From: an uncultured Candidatus Saccharibacteria bacterium
GTDB taxonomy: Bacteria; Patescibacteriota; Minisyncoccia; UBA6257
NCBI GenBank assembly: GCA_964618625.1
Contig: CAZUBI010000001.1
Coordinates: forward strand, 65,940 to 129,939
Length of the DNA stretch: 64,000 bases
Reading direction: 5' to 3'
The translations under genes were made by a program, and so were the position numbers. The notes below the pieces were generated by a model. That model was given only the letters and a program-made list of their open reading frames with translations. It searched no databases and was not told where the DNA came from. This document shows positions 28,223 to 38,078 of this stretch, piece after piece (the stretch's first letter is position 1; each line of letters opens with the position of its first letter).

Positions 28223-29569
28223 TTATAAGTATCCTTGTTCTTTTAATACTTCCCTTACTACTTGCCTGTCATCAAAAGGCACTGTTTTAACCCCATAATC
28301 CATTGTTTGTTCATTGCCGCGGCCTAAAATTACTATTAGATCTCCATTATTAGCCTGTTTTATTGCTTCTTGAATTGCTTGTTTTCTATTTGAGAAAGAC
28401 AAATATTTATTTGAAGGAATATTTTTCCCCCTCACAAAATTTAAAAAATCATCAATACTTTTTTGAGGAGATTCTTCCTGAGGATCATCTTCTGTAATAA
28501 TAGTAATATCAAAAAAATTGGTTGCTATTTCTGCCAGTTTTTCCCTTTCTTTTAACGGACTTTCCCCAAAGTTTCCATAAACAGCAATTTTCTTTTTGGG
28601 ATTTAAAATTTTAATAAAATCTATTATACCACAAAAGGCTGCTGGTGTATTCGCTTTATCTACAATTATGGAAAAATGCTGTTTGCCATTTATATACTCT
28701 AATCGCCCTGGAATCTTTTTTAAACTTTCTAATCCCTTCTTTAATTTTTCAATGGAAAAAGAAAATCCATAAACAGCGCCAACAGCTGCTAAAGCATTAA
28801 GAATATTAAAAAGCCCGGGTAAAGGTAAATTAATAGAAAAAGAATTATCATTGCAATGAATAACCGCTTTATTTTCTGTTTTGGTAATTTCTTTTATGTC
28901 CATCCATAAATCGCAGGTTTTATCAATACCAAATTTTAGAACTTGAGCTTGCGTGTTCTTGGCAAATAAATCAAAATACTCGCTTTCTTTTGGCAAAACA
29001 GCAATTGATGTTGTTTTTAAATTACGGAATAATTTTAATTTTGCAGAAACATAATTATTCATATTACCATGCAGGGTAATATGGTGATTGTAAGAAATAT
29101 TAGTTAAAACTGCTGCTGAGAAATTTAATCCATAAACTCGTTCATACATTAAACCAAATGAAGCAACTTCAATTACTACAGCTTTTAAGCCTTTCTTTAC
29201 CATCTTTCTTAGCAAATAGTGAAGGAAAAACGGATCAGGTGTAGTACCTGGCGCTTTCAAACTTTTTTTTGCCATCTTTTTCAGTAAGTAATAAAGAAAA
29301 AATAGATCAGGCGTAGTACCCAACGCATAAGCTTCTGGATGTATCACTTCTTCTCCAATGTAATAACCTGCAGTACTAATTAATCCCGTCTTTATACCAT
29401 TAACCTCTAATATATTCCTAATCATAAAAGCTGTTGTGGTCTTGCCAGTGGTTCCTGTAATACCAATGATCGTAAGATGACGCCCTGGAAAACCAAATCT
29501 CAAAGCAGCCAAAAAAGCAATCATCTTTCGCAATAAGCTATTTCTTTTTATTTTTTCCAATAAATTCAT
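28223..29569 (-). CDS. murE: Mur ligase family protein (MurE-like) with an internal 23-aa tandem duplication
   Basis: P-loop GITGTTGKTTT. Duplicated segment GTTPDLFFLYYLLKKMAKKSLKA / GTTPDPFFLHYLLRKMVKKGLKA. Confidence 0.65.
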   Translation of the reverse strand: MNLLEKIKRNSLLRKMIAFLAALRFGFPGRHLTIIGITGTTGKTTTAFMIRNILEVNGIKTGLISTAGYYIGEEVIHPEAYALGTTPDLFFLYYLLKKMAKKSLKAPGTTPDPFFLHYLLRKMVKKGLKAVVIEVASFGLMYERVYGLNFSAAVLTNISYNHHITLHGNMNNYVSAKLKLFRNLKTTSIAVLPKESEYFDLFAKNTQAQVLKFGIDKTCDLWMDIKEITKTENKAVIHCNDNSFSINLPLPGLFNILNALAAVGAVYGFSFSIEKLKKGLESLKKIPGRLEYINGKQHFSIIVDKANTPAAFCGIIDFIKILNPKKKIAVYGNFGESPLKEREKLAEIATNFFDITIITEDDPQEESPQKSIDDFLNFVRGKNIPSNKYLSFSNRKQAIQEAIKQANNGDLIVILGRGNEQTMDYGVKTVPFDDRQVVREVLKEQGYL

Positions 29570-29571
29570 AT

Positions 29572-30879
29572 TTACTTTAAAAACTCTTTTAGCCTATCAG
29601 ACTGAGAATGCTCTTTGAGTTTTTCTAAGGTTTTAGCTTCAATCTGTCTAATTCTTTCTCGAGTCACACCAAAAGATTTTCCTACTTCTTCTAATGTATG
29701 GGTGATTTCATCTTTCAAGCCAAACCTCATTTTTATAATCTCTCTTTCTCTTTCAGATAATTCACTCATAATTTTTTCTAATTCGATTTTTAACAATTCT
29801 CTTGCAGCATGGCTATCAGGAGTTATGGCTTTCGTATCTGAAATAAAATCTCCTAACTGGCTGCCGCCATCTTCATCCCCTACTGGTTGATTTAATGATG
29901 AAGTGCTTTGAGAAATTTTCATAAGGTAAAGAACTTCTTCAACTTCTTTCCCCATTTCAGAAGCTATTTCTTCTGGTAAAGGATCCCTTCCCAATGTTTG
30001 AGCCAATGCCCTTCTTGTTTTTAAATATTTGGTAATTGTTTCAACCATATGTACGGGGATACGAATCGTCCGTCCTTGATCAGCTAAAGCCCGTGTAATC
30101 GCTTGTCTAATCCACCAAGTGGCATAAGTGGAAAATTTAAAACCTTTCTTGTAATCAAATTTATCAACTGCTTTAGAAAGACCGATATTGCCTTCCTGAA
30201 TCAAATCCAATAAGCCCAAATTTCTGCTTCGGCCGATATAACGTTTGGCAATAGAAACTACTAAACGGAGATTAGCTTCAATCATCTTCCGTCTTGCTTG
30301 TTCATCTCCACTATCTACTTTTTTTGCTAATTCCCTTTCTTCCTCAGCAGTTAAAAGAGAAACTTTTCCTATCTCCCTAAGATATGACTGAACTGCCCCA
30401 GATAATACCCTAGAACTTGAAACCCTTAAAGCATCTTCTAATTCTTTATCAGAAACTTCTTTTTTTGGTATCAATAAGTCCCCACTTTCTACTACTTCAA
30501 TATTAACTTCGGCTAATGCATCATAAAGTTTTTCTAAGAGATTAATATCTGCTTCAATGCGTGGAAAATATTTTAAAATCTCATCTTGAGTAATAAATCC
30601 TCGCGATTTACCCCTTTCAATTAATATCCCTATCTTTTCTTGTATTTTCTCTTTTTTGGACTGTTGCCCTTTTTTCTTAATATTCTTGATCTTCTTGCTA
30701 CCCTTAATCTTCCTAATTTTTTTGATTTTCCTCACTTTCCTTACTTTTTTTGTTTTCTTAATGATTTTTACTTCCCTTTTCTTCTTTACAACTTTCACCT
30801 TTTTTGCTCGCCTCACTGAAATTTTAGCAAGGCGGGTTTTTCCTTTTTTGACTTTTTTCTTTTTGTTTCTTTTAATCAT
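29572..30879 (-). CDS. rpoD: RNA polymerase sigma-70 factor RpoD with a ~75-aa Lys/Arg-rich N-terminal extension
   Basis: Sigma-70 regions 2-4 ([13 protein letters not shown]...); N-terminus is a KKxK repeat tract. Confidence 0.85.
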   Translation of the reverse strand: MIKRNKKKKVKKGKTRLAKISVRRAKKVKVVKKKREVKIIKKTKKVRKVRKIKKIRKIKGSKKIKNIKKKGQQSKKEKIQEKIGILIERGKSRGFITQDEILKYFPRIEADINLLEKLYDALAEVNIEVVESGDLLIPKKEVSDKELEDALRVSSSRVLSGAVQSYLREIGKVSLLTAEEERELAKKVDSGDEQARRKMIEANLRLVVSIAKRYIGRSRNLGLLDLIQEGNIGLSKAVDKFDYKKGFKFSTYATWWIRQAITRALADQGRTIRIPVHMVETITKYLKTRRALAQTLGRDPLPEEIASEMGKEVEEVLYLMKISQSTSSLNQPVGDEDGGSQLGDFISDTKAITPDSHAARELLKIELEKIMSELSEREREIIKMRFGLKDEITHTLEEVGKSFGVTRERIRQIEAKTLEKLKEHSQSDRLKEFLK

Positions 30880-30880
30880 A

Positions 30881-32680
30881 TTAATTTAATAATTCTTTTG
30901 ATAATCTGTTAAATTTTGTCATTAAATCTTTGAGCGTTTTTTTGTCTTTATTTTTTTCCGCAACCTGAATCTCTTTTTCTATTTCTCCTAATATCTTCTT
31001 GGTATATTCCTTCTTTAATTCTTTTAATTCTTTATTAAATTCCTCATCAAAGGGAACCTGAAATTTTTCCAATAATTCTGTTTCATAATCAGCTCTCAAA
31101 GCTAATTGATTGATTTGATTAATTAAGTTTTCCGGTAAATTTACTTTTTTCAAATTTTCTGTACCCAAATCTTTTTCCGAGGAAATGTTTTTAATCACTT
31201 CAAAAATCTTTTGAAAATTCTCAGGAAAATATTCTTCATATCCAGAAACCTCCTTTTTTAATGAAGGCGTTTTTATTAAAAAAGATATTATTCTTTCAGC
31301 TATGCCATCTATCCGTGATTGCAATTGAGACGCAGGAAATTGATAGAGGGATTCATCCTCATCAGTAATATTCTCTTGATTGACTTCTTTTGATAATCTA
31401 CCTAATTCATCTTCAAGGACTTGTTCAGGGATATTTATAAAGCGCGAGAGCCTATTTATCCAAAAGGATCTATCTAAAACATTAATAAGTTTTTTGATTT
31501 TAGGAAGAAAATAAGAAGCTATAGCTTTTTTACCATCAATATTTGTTTTGTCGCCTGCGTTTTTAGCTCTGGTAAAATAAAAATCCATTATCGCCCCAGC
31601 TTGATTTATTAAATCTTTAATGTTTTCTTTGTTTTCTTTATCATTGAGATAATCGGCTAAATCTTTTCCCTGGGACAATCTTAGAATCTTTACATTAAAT
31701 TCTTTAGATAATGCTAATTCTATGCTCCTTTCAGCCGCTTTTTCTCCTGCTTCATCCATATCAAAACCTAAAACTAAAGTATTGTTATACCTTTTTAGAA
31801 TTTTTAATTGATAAGAAGTTAAAGCTGTTCCCGAAGTAGCTACTATATTTTTAATGCCTGTCTGCCAACCCATTAAAAAATCTGTTTGCCCTTCTACTAA
31901 TAAAGTACTTTCTTGAGAGCGTAGATAATTTTTGCTCTTTGATAAACCATATAAAATTTTACTTTTATCAAAGATTAAAGTTTGCGGGCTATTAATATAT
32001 TTCCCTATTTTTTCTATATCCCTAATCGTTTTTAAAGGAGTTTTGCCTTGAAAAATTCTGCCGGTAAAACCAACCATGTTTTGGGAGTAATCTTCTATAG
32101 GAAACATAATCCGTGAACGAAAACGATCGTATATTTCTGTGTTTTTAGAAATGGCTAGGCCACTAGCCACAATGTCTTCTGGTTTAAATTCTTTTTTTAT
32201 AAGAAAATCACTAAGAGATCGCCATTCATCAGAAGCCCAACCAAGATGAAATTCTTTTATTGTCTCTTGTTTAAAACCCCTTTTAATAAGATAATCTATA
32301 ACTTCTTTCTTTTTCCAAAGATTCTCTTCAAAAAATATCGCTGCTTCTTTATTAATATCAATCAACCTTTGTTTCTGAGAACGCACTTGAGGATTCTCAT
32401 AAGCTAATTTTACTCCCGCTTTTTGAGCTAATATTTTTAAAGCTTCTTTAAATTCAATATTTTCTATCTTCATTACAAAAGAAAAAATGTCACCTCCTAA
32501 AGAACACCCAAAACAATGCCAAATCTGACGGGATGGAGAAACAAAAAATGAAGGAGTTTTTTCTTTATGAAAAGGACAAAGAGCTCTATAATTAGCTCCT
32601 GCTTTTTGCAGTTTTACATACTGACCAACTACTTCTTTAATATCTAATTTATTTTTTATCTCTTCAGAAGAAGAAAGCAT
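30881..32680 (-). CDS. dnaG: DNA primase
   Basis: CHC2 zinc finger ([17 protein letters not shown]) and TOPRIM segment (LVEGQTDFL). Confidence 0.85.
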   Translation of the reverse strand: MLSSSEEIKNKLDIKEVVGQYVKLQKAGANYRALCPFHKEKTPSFFVSPSRQIWHCFGCSLGGDIFSFVMKIENIEFKEALKILAQKAGVKLAYENPQVRSQKQRLIDINKEAAIFFEENLWKKKEVIDYLIKRGFKQETIKEFHLGWASDEWRSLSDFLIKKEFKPEDIVASGLAISKNTEIYDRFRSRIMFPIEDYSQNMVGFTGRIFQGKTPLKTIRDIEKIGKYINSPQTLIFDKSKILYGLSKSKNYLRSQESTLLVEGQTDFLMGWQTGIKNIVATSGTALTSYQLKILKRYNNTLVLGFDMDEAGEKAAERSIELALSKEFNVKILRLSQGKDLADYLNDKENKENIKDLINQAGAIMDFYFTRAKNAGDKTNIDGKKAIASYFLPKIKKLINVLDRSFWINRLSRFINIPEQVLEDELGRLSKEVNQENITDEDESLYQFPASQLQSRIDGIAERIISFLIKTPSLKKEVSGYEEYFPENFQKIFEVIKNISSEKDLGTENLKKVNLPENLINQINQLALRADYETELLEKFQVPFDEEFNKELKELKKEYTKKILGEIEKEIQVAEKNKDKKTLKDLMTKFNRLSKELLN

Positions 32681-32715
32681 ACTTAAATAATTCTTAATTT
32701 TTTAATTTTAAATTT

Positions 32716-33081
32716 TTAAAATCTGAGAAGAATTTTGGGAATAAAGATTATAAATCCTAAAATAAGCGCTGTCAAACAAGCTATAAGAACTGCTCCTGCT
32801 ATTAAATCTTTAATCATTCTAATTTTATCAGAAATATATGGTTCTAAAAAATCTAATGTTTTTTCAAGAACAGTATTTAATATTTCTAAACTAAGAATAG
32901 AACCGATGAGAAAAATTATTATAAGCCATTCAAAATAAAAAATTTGCAGCCAAAATCCGAGAATTAATGTTCCAATTGCTATAAGAAACATTAAAAGAAA
33001 ACTTTGTTGCAAAAATACATATTTTATTCCTTGAGAAGCATGATATATACTTTTGAGTAATTCTTTGAAAGAAAGTTTCAT
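32716..33081 (-). CDS. dgkA: diacylglycerol/undecaprenol kinase (DgkA family)
   Basis: 3-TM small protein with LSLEILNTVLEK (the E-x-LN-[ST]-A/V-[IL]-E DgkA motif). Confidence 0.65.
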   Translation of the reverse strand: MKLSFKELLKSIYHASQGIKYVFLQQSFLLMFLIAIGTLILGFWLQIFYFEWLIIIFLIGSILSLEILNTVLEKTLDFLEPYISDKIRMIKDLIAGAVLIACLTALILGFIIFIPKILLRF

Positions 33082-33100
33082 TGATAATTTCTCTTTTTAA

Positions 33101-34654
33101 TTAAGTATCCTGACCAAAAATATTTTTAATTACTTCCTTTATTTCTTCTTTTTTTGGTTTAATTTTAGATTGAGTATACTGAACAGAATTTGTATGCGCT
33201 GAATTTTTTCCTCTTTGTCTTCGTATTTCTTTAAAACATTCATCACAATAAACAGGCCTGTCAGGATCTGGCCGAAAAGGCACAATAATTCTTTTTCCAC
33301 ACTGAGAACATACAGCTTCCCAGCCTTCTTTAACGCCAGCTTTTCTGCTTCTAGTATCTCCTGCCTTGGAGCTTGGAGAAAAATCCAATAACTCCCAATG
33401 CGCGATATTCTTTTCAACTTCTTGCCGCAAAGCCGCATAATGCTCGCGTGAATACTGAATCATTTCCTGTATAAATGACTGCTTTGGCAAACTGGAAGGC
33501 GGTATGTTCATTGCTGAAAAACTCTTGGATAAAATACCGTCAATCATTAACTTTATATAAAAATTATAATTTGGGAGGTTAATTAAGTTCTCTTTTGAAA
33601 ATTCTGGGGCGAAATATTTTTCTAATAATTCTGCGTCTTCAGGACCTAATCTAAAAGAAACCAAAGTTCCTATATTGCCAAAAATAGAATCTTTAACCTG
33701 CTCATTAAGTTGAGCTATATATTGGTGAGCTAAAATTAAATTTAAACGATATTTTCTAGCTTCGGCAAAAATAGAAGCAAATGATTCAGTGGAAAAATTT
33801 TGAAATTCATCTACATATAAATAAAAATCTTTTCTTTGCTCTTCAGGAACATCTATACGACTCATTGCAGCTAATTGTATTTTTGTAACTAAAAGAGCCC
33901 CCAAAAGACTAGAATTATCCTCCCCGATCATGCCTTTTGATAGATTGGCTAAAAGAATTTTACCTTCATCCATTATTTGCCTGATATCAATCTTTGATTC
34001 TTTCTGTCCAATAATATTCCTAATTAAAGGGTTGGAGATAAATTGTCCAATCTTATTTTGAATTGGGGCAATTGCTTCTGTCGCAAAACGGACATTATAA
34101 CGAGCAAACTCTCTTTCCCAAAAAGATCTAACTATGGGATCTGTCACCTTTTTCATTACTGCTTTACGAAAATCTTCGTCAGAAAGCAATCTGTTTACAG
34201 CCAAAAGCGTTGCGCCAGGGTATTCTAAAAGAGCCAGTAAAGCATTATTTAAAATATATTCCATTCTAGCAGACCATACATCCGGCCAGATTTTTTTAAA
34301 AACACCCATTAAACCCGCCACAACCAAATGTCGATATTCTACTGAAACTTCTTCAATAACATTAAAAGCAATCGGCCATTCAATATCGCCAGGATTAAAA
34401 TAAACCACATCTTTTATTCTGTTTTCAGGAATAAAGTAAAGAATTCTATTTATCAATTCTCCATGAGGATCAATGACACATACGCCTTTGCCATTATTAA
34501 TATCCTGCATAATCATATTCTCCACCATCGTTGTCTTGCCTACCCCGCTCTTTCCAACTAAATACATATGCCGACGCCTATCGTCAGTTTTAATTCCAAA
34601 TCGCTGAAATTCATCCCTGAAATTTGTTATCCCAATATGATTTATATCGCCCAT
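33101..34654 (-). CDS. soluble VirD4/TraG/TrwB-like (type IV coupling-protein-like) P-loop ATPase with C-terminal CxxC..CxxC zinc ribbon
   Basis: HMYLVGKSGVGKTT Walker A followed by VIDPHGE (TraG/VirD4-like DPxGE), DEFQNF Walker B, and terminal CSQCGK...CDEC ribbon; no TM segments. Confidence 0.5.
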   Translation of the reverse strand: MGDINHIGITNFRDEFQRFGIKTDDRRRHMYLVGKSGVGKTTMVENMIMQDINNGKGVCVIDPHGELINRILYFIPENRIKDVVYFNPGDIEWPIAFNVIEEVSVEYRHLVVAGLMGVFKKIWPDVWSARMEYILNNALLALLEYPGATLLAVNRLLSDEDFRKAVMKKVTDPIVRSFWEREFARYNVRFATEAIAPIQNKIGQFISNPLIRNIIGQKESKIDIRQIMDEGKILLANLSKGMIGEDNSSLLGALLVTKIQLAAMSRIDVPEEQRKDFYLYVDEFQNFSTESFASIFAEARKYRLNLILAHQYIAQLNEQVKDSIFGNIGTLVSFRLGPEDAELLEKYFAPEFSKENLINLPNYNFYIKLMIDGILSKSFSAMNIPPSSLPKQSFIQEMIQYSREHYAALRQEVEKNIAHWELLDFSPSSKAGDTRSRKAGVKEGWEAVCSQCGKRIIVPFRPDPDRPVYCDECFKEIRRQRGKNSAHTNSVQYTQSKIKPKKEEIKEVIKNIFGQDT

Positions 34655-34715
34655 ATTAATATAGTTTTTTAATTCTCAATTTTTAATATTCCAATGTATA
34701 GAGTTTGAGGCAAAG

Positions 34716-34775
34716 ATGATTGTTGAAAAAAACTGTAGCGATTAGCGTGTTTTTAAAACAATCATCTGAGCCTAA
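34716..34775 (+). repeat. family-A palindromic intergenic element, copy f
   Basis: agatgattgttGAAAAAAACTGTAGCGATTAGCGTGTTTTTAAAACaatcatctgag. Confidence 0.75.
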
Positions 34776-34783
34776 CTCGATTA

Positions 34784-35974
34784 CTACTCCACTGGTAACC
34801 CTGTTGGCGGTTCCCCTTTCTTACTCAAAACTCTAGTTAATGTAGGAGTTACAACTTTTAATGCTGGGAAATGGTAAACAGTCGCTAATTCTTCTGTATT
34901 TAAAATTATGGGATCTTGTGTTCGTGCTCGCTTCAAGCAACTTTGATAAAGATCCATCTTTTTCAAAAATAATCTTCTGTTCTGTAAAAATCTGGTTTTA
35001 AGAATTGTGGAAGCGTCTTTGTTAATCTTAAAACCATTCAAGTTTTTTGAATTAAATTGCTTCAAAAAAGCCATAAAAGCGGAAATATTAGATTCATTAA
35101 AAATCTTTTTTGGAGAAATATAAAGTAACCTTATGCTTGTATTAAATGATAATTGTTTTATTTTATTTTCAATTGATTTAATTACATCCTTTTCTCCAGA
35201 TGAAAGGACTATAGATGGCTCATTTTTCTTCTCTTCTTTTGTGGGCCAAACCAAAGGTTCAAATAGTCCTACTAAAAGATTTCTAAAAAAAGCACCGATC
35301 CAATCCAGCCAAGTAATTTTTTCCTCCTTTTTGCCTAACATAGTGTTAGTTTGTTTCTTTCCTTCATTTATAAACTTTTCCTCATCTTTATCAGAAAGAG
35401 GCTTAATAAGAATCTCTAAAATAAACCATTCAGATTTTTGAAGCTTGGCAATACTTTCTGCAAAACTTGATATTGGATCAATTCTTTTCTCTTCTTTTAA
35501 TTCCTCAAAATAAGAATAAGTTTTAATAGGGTAATAATTTTCTTTTTCTAAAATAATTTCTGTTCCCCATAAATCAAAATCCTTATTTGGCAAATGAGCT
35601 GGAAGACGTAAAAAATAATCATCAATTTCTTCAATTTCTATTTCTGGATATTGCGCGTAAAACTGTGACTCTATTAAATTTTTATATTCTTTAGGAACGC
35701 GAACAATAAAATATAGCTCTCTATCCATTCCAACCAGTTCTAAACAAATATGGCCTTTTTCTATAACATGAAAACCATTAAATACTTGCTCCATTGCTTT
35801 AGGGGTTTGTAAAATCTCACGATTAATTTTCACTTGCAAAGTAACCCAATCTTTTATCTCTTCTTTTTCTTTTTCTTTTTTTTCTTTATACTTTTTATTT
35901 AAATCAATAAAAAACTTCCCCAAAATAATAAGGGCTAATAGCCACCAAAATTCACGAATAATCTCTCCTAACAT
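34784..35974 (-). CDS. hypothetical N-terminally membrane-anchored protein (396 aa), overlapped/coupled with the neighbouring genes
   Basis: One N-terminal TM helix; its start overlaps the stop of the upstream HTH gene (ATGA); 129 nt upstream of the VirD4-like ATPase. Confidence 0.4.
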   Translation of the reverse strand: MLGEIIREFWWLLALIILGKFFIDLNKKYKEKKEKEKEEIKDWVTLQVKINREILQTPKAMEQVFNGFHVIEKGHICLELVGMDRELYFIVRVPKEYKNLIESQFYAQYPEIEIEEIDDYFLRLPAHLPNKDFDLWGTEIILEKENYYPIKTYSYFEELKEEKRIDPISSFAESIAKLQKSEWFILEILIKPLSDKDEEKFINEGKKQTNTMLGKKEEKITWLDWIGAFFRNLLVGLFEPLVWPTKEEKKNEPSIVLSSGEKDVIKSIENKIKQLSFNTSIRLLYISPKKIFNESNISAFMAFLKQFNSKNLNGFKINKDASTILKTRFLQNRRLFLKKMDLYQSCLKRARTQDPIILNTEELATVYHFPALKVVTPTLTRVLSKKGEPPTGLPVE

Positions 35975-37077
35975 TAAACCTCTAATATTTTATAAGACCT
36001 AATTAAGCTATAATATTTATTCGGCAATTTTTTAAAATATCTCTTATTATGAAGATTTAAAATAATAGTATTATCTTTAGCCATTCTGCGTTTTTTAACT
36101 TCCTTGATGATTGTTTCCTGTTTTAACGACTTTCCTGCCTCTTTCAAGATATCTTTAATAACATTGATTATCTTTCCGGGTTTATAACCCCATTCCCCTA
36201 ACGCATAAATTCCCCTTCCAATAAGAACAAAGCGAGAATCACGAATTAGTTCATTGTGCACTGTTTGAACACATACTTTCTTCTGCCAAGAATGAGAAGC
36301 CACAGATGCTGGAATAGTTATTGCATTACATTCATTAAGGCGTTTTGTAATATCAGAAAAATGTAATGGCTTTTTAGAATGTTTCATTATCAAATATGCC
36401 CTATCACGAGCGCCAGATGGATCTATTTCCATCCAATCAAATAAACCATACTCGCCAAAAGGATTCATGCCAACCTTCTTTGATATTTCTAAACATGCCT
36501 TTAGTTCTTCCTTATTAATACTAGATGAAACATTATTTTTAACCGAAGCTAATATTTCGTCTATCAGACAAGTTGATTGTTTTTTCTTAAAGAACCCTTC
36601 TATATCTTTAATATTCTTATAAATTTTATTTTTGGAAATCCTGGAAAAATGCCAAAAACTATTGTACAAATCATTTTCTTCTTCAAATGAAAAATTAGGA
36701 TTTAATGCCAATAAAAATCTAATCACCGACAAATTTCCTTTTGATTCTTTAAACTGTTTATCTATTTTTACAAGAAATCTCTCGTTCTCATCTACTCCTC
36801 TACTCTGTCTTAAAATTTGCCCAGCTTGTTTTATAAAAACATCAGCCATTTTTAAAACAGGCTGTTTTTTAACAGTTTTTAAAGCTACCTCTATAATTTG
36901 CCTGATTCTTTCTCGGGTAACTTTATAATCCCGACCAACTGCCTCTAATGTTTTAGGATCGTTATTATCTAAACCAAATCTTTTCTTAACAATGTCCTGC
37001 GTGCGAGAGGGTAAAATAGCAATGATTTTAAGAGCCAATTGGTATGGACTCTCTTTATTTAAATTAGAATTTTTCAT
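35974..37077 (-). CDS. DNA-binding protein: N-terminal sigma-70 region-4-type HTH plus C-terminal HARE-HTH-like winged helix
   Basis: N-terminus [41 protein letters not shown] (also in RpoD region 4 here); C-terminus HFSDITKRL...NELIRDSRFVLIGRGIYALGEWGY resembles the HARE-HTH of RNAP delta. Confidence 0.45.
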   Translation of the reverse strand: MKNSNLNKESPYQLALKIIAILPSRTQDIVKKRFGLDNNDPKTLEAVGRDYKVTRERIRQIIEVALKTVKKQPVLKMADVFIKQAGQILRQSRGVDENERFLVKIDKQFKESKGNLSVIRFLLALNPNFSFEEENDLYNSFWHFSRISKNKIYKNIKDIEGFFKKKQSTCLIDEILASVKNNVSSSINKEELKACLEISKKVGMNPFGEYGLFDWMEIDPSGARDRAYLIMKHSKKPLHFSDITKRLNECNAITIPASVASHSWQKKVCVQTVHNELIRDSRFVLIGRGIYALGEWGYKPGKIINVIKDILKEAGKSLKQETIIKEVKKRRMAKDNTIILNLHNKRYFKKLPNKYYSLIRSYKILEV

Positions 37078-37113
37078 GTTTGTTAATAATTAAAACTTAA
37101 TAGTTTTAATTCA

Positions 37114-37140
37114 ACGTTCTTGAGCAAAGCCACGTTTGAC
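37114..37140 (-). terminator. imperfect hairpin downstream of secF (possible terminator or processing site)
   Basis: GCAAAGCCACG-TTTGA-CGTGGCGAAGC; weak U-run. Shares the motif GTTCTKTGAGCAAAGC with 17183..17200. Confidence 0.3.
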
Positions 37141-37194
37141 GTGGCGAAGCAAAAGGTTGTTATATTATAATTAAAGCAAGAATTTAGCAAAGAG

Positions 37195-38076
37195 TCAACC
37201 CTTTTTAGACCAATCATATAATAATGGAGCAGCAAGACAAATTGAAGAATAAGTACCTATTATTACACCGCTAATCATTGCTATCACCAGTATTTTAATA
37301 GAAATAGGGCCTAAAAAATATAAAGCTATCAAAGGAAAAGTTGTTGTAAGGGATGTATTTAAAGATCGCAAAAGGGTTTGATTAATGCTTAAATTGATAA
37401 TTCCAGTCAAACTTTCTTTTGTTTTTAAACGTATATTTTCCCTAACCCTATCAAAAACTACTATTGTGTCATGAACAGAATAACCGGCTACTACCAATAA
37501 GGCCACCAAAAAATCCGAATTTACTTCCCAGCCTTTTAATTTTCCCAACAAAGAAAACAAACCTATAATGAACACTGCATCGTGCATCAATACTAAAACT
37601 GCCAAAATCCCGTAACGATAAGATGGAACACGAAAAGAAGAATGGTGAAAAGCATAGGAAAGATATGCTAAAATTCCAAAAAAGACCAAAAGAACCGCCC
37701 AAATAGATTTGGATTTCAATTCTTGACCAATAGAAGGGCCAATTGACTCAAATTTTCTTTCCTGAATTAAAGGAATTATCCCTTGTAATCCTTTAAATAA
37801 TTGAACGTGTTTTTCTTCGGAAATATTAGAAAAACGTAATATTAAACTATCTTCGTTTGTGGTTTGAACATTAATTTGCCCTAATCCTTCATTTTCTAAA
37901 TAATCAACAATTTTAATCGCATCATTTTTAATATTTAAGGATGTTATCTCCCAAAGACTTCCACCAGTAAAATCAATTCCCCAATTAAACCCAAAAATCG
38001 AAAGACATAAAAAAGAACCAGCAATCATTGCTATTGAAAACCCATAAAAGATGTTCCGTTTATTAATAAAATCCAT
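37195..38076 (-). CDS. secF: protein-export membrane protein SecF
   Basis: SecF topology and sequence; follows secD. Confidence 0.85.
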   Translation of the reverse strand: MDFINKRNIFYGFSIAMIAGSFLCLSIFGFNWGIDFTGGSLWEITSLNIKNDAIKIVDYLENEGLGQINVQTTNEDSLILRFSNISEEKHVQLFKGLQGIIPLIQERKFESIGPSIGQELKSKSIWAVLLVFFGILAYLSYAFHHSSFRVPSYRYGILAVLVLMHDAVFIIGLFSLLGKLKGWEVNSDFLVALLVVAGYSVHDTIVVFDRVRENIRLKTKESLTGIINLSINQTLLRSLNTSLTTTFPLIALYFLGPISIKILVIAMISGVIIGTYSSICLAAPLLYDWSKKG

Positions 38077-38078
38077 AA

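Noticed and set aside
30650-30880. Apparent tandem DNA repeats at the 5' end of rpoD
   Set aside because: Explained by the in-frame Lys/Arg/Ile-rich coding low-complexity tract; not a non-coding satellite.
33139-33438. Minus-strand 99-aa ORF inside the VirD4-like ATPase gene
   Set aside because: Alternative frame nested within a well-supported longer CDS.
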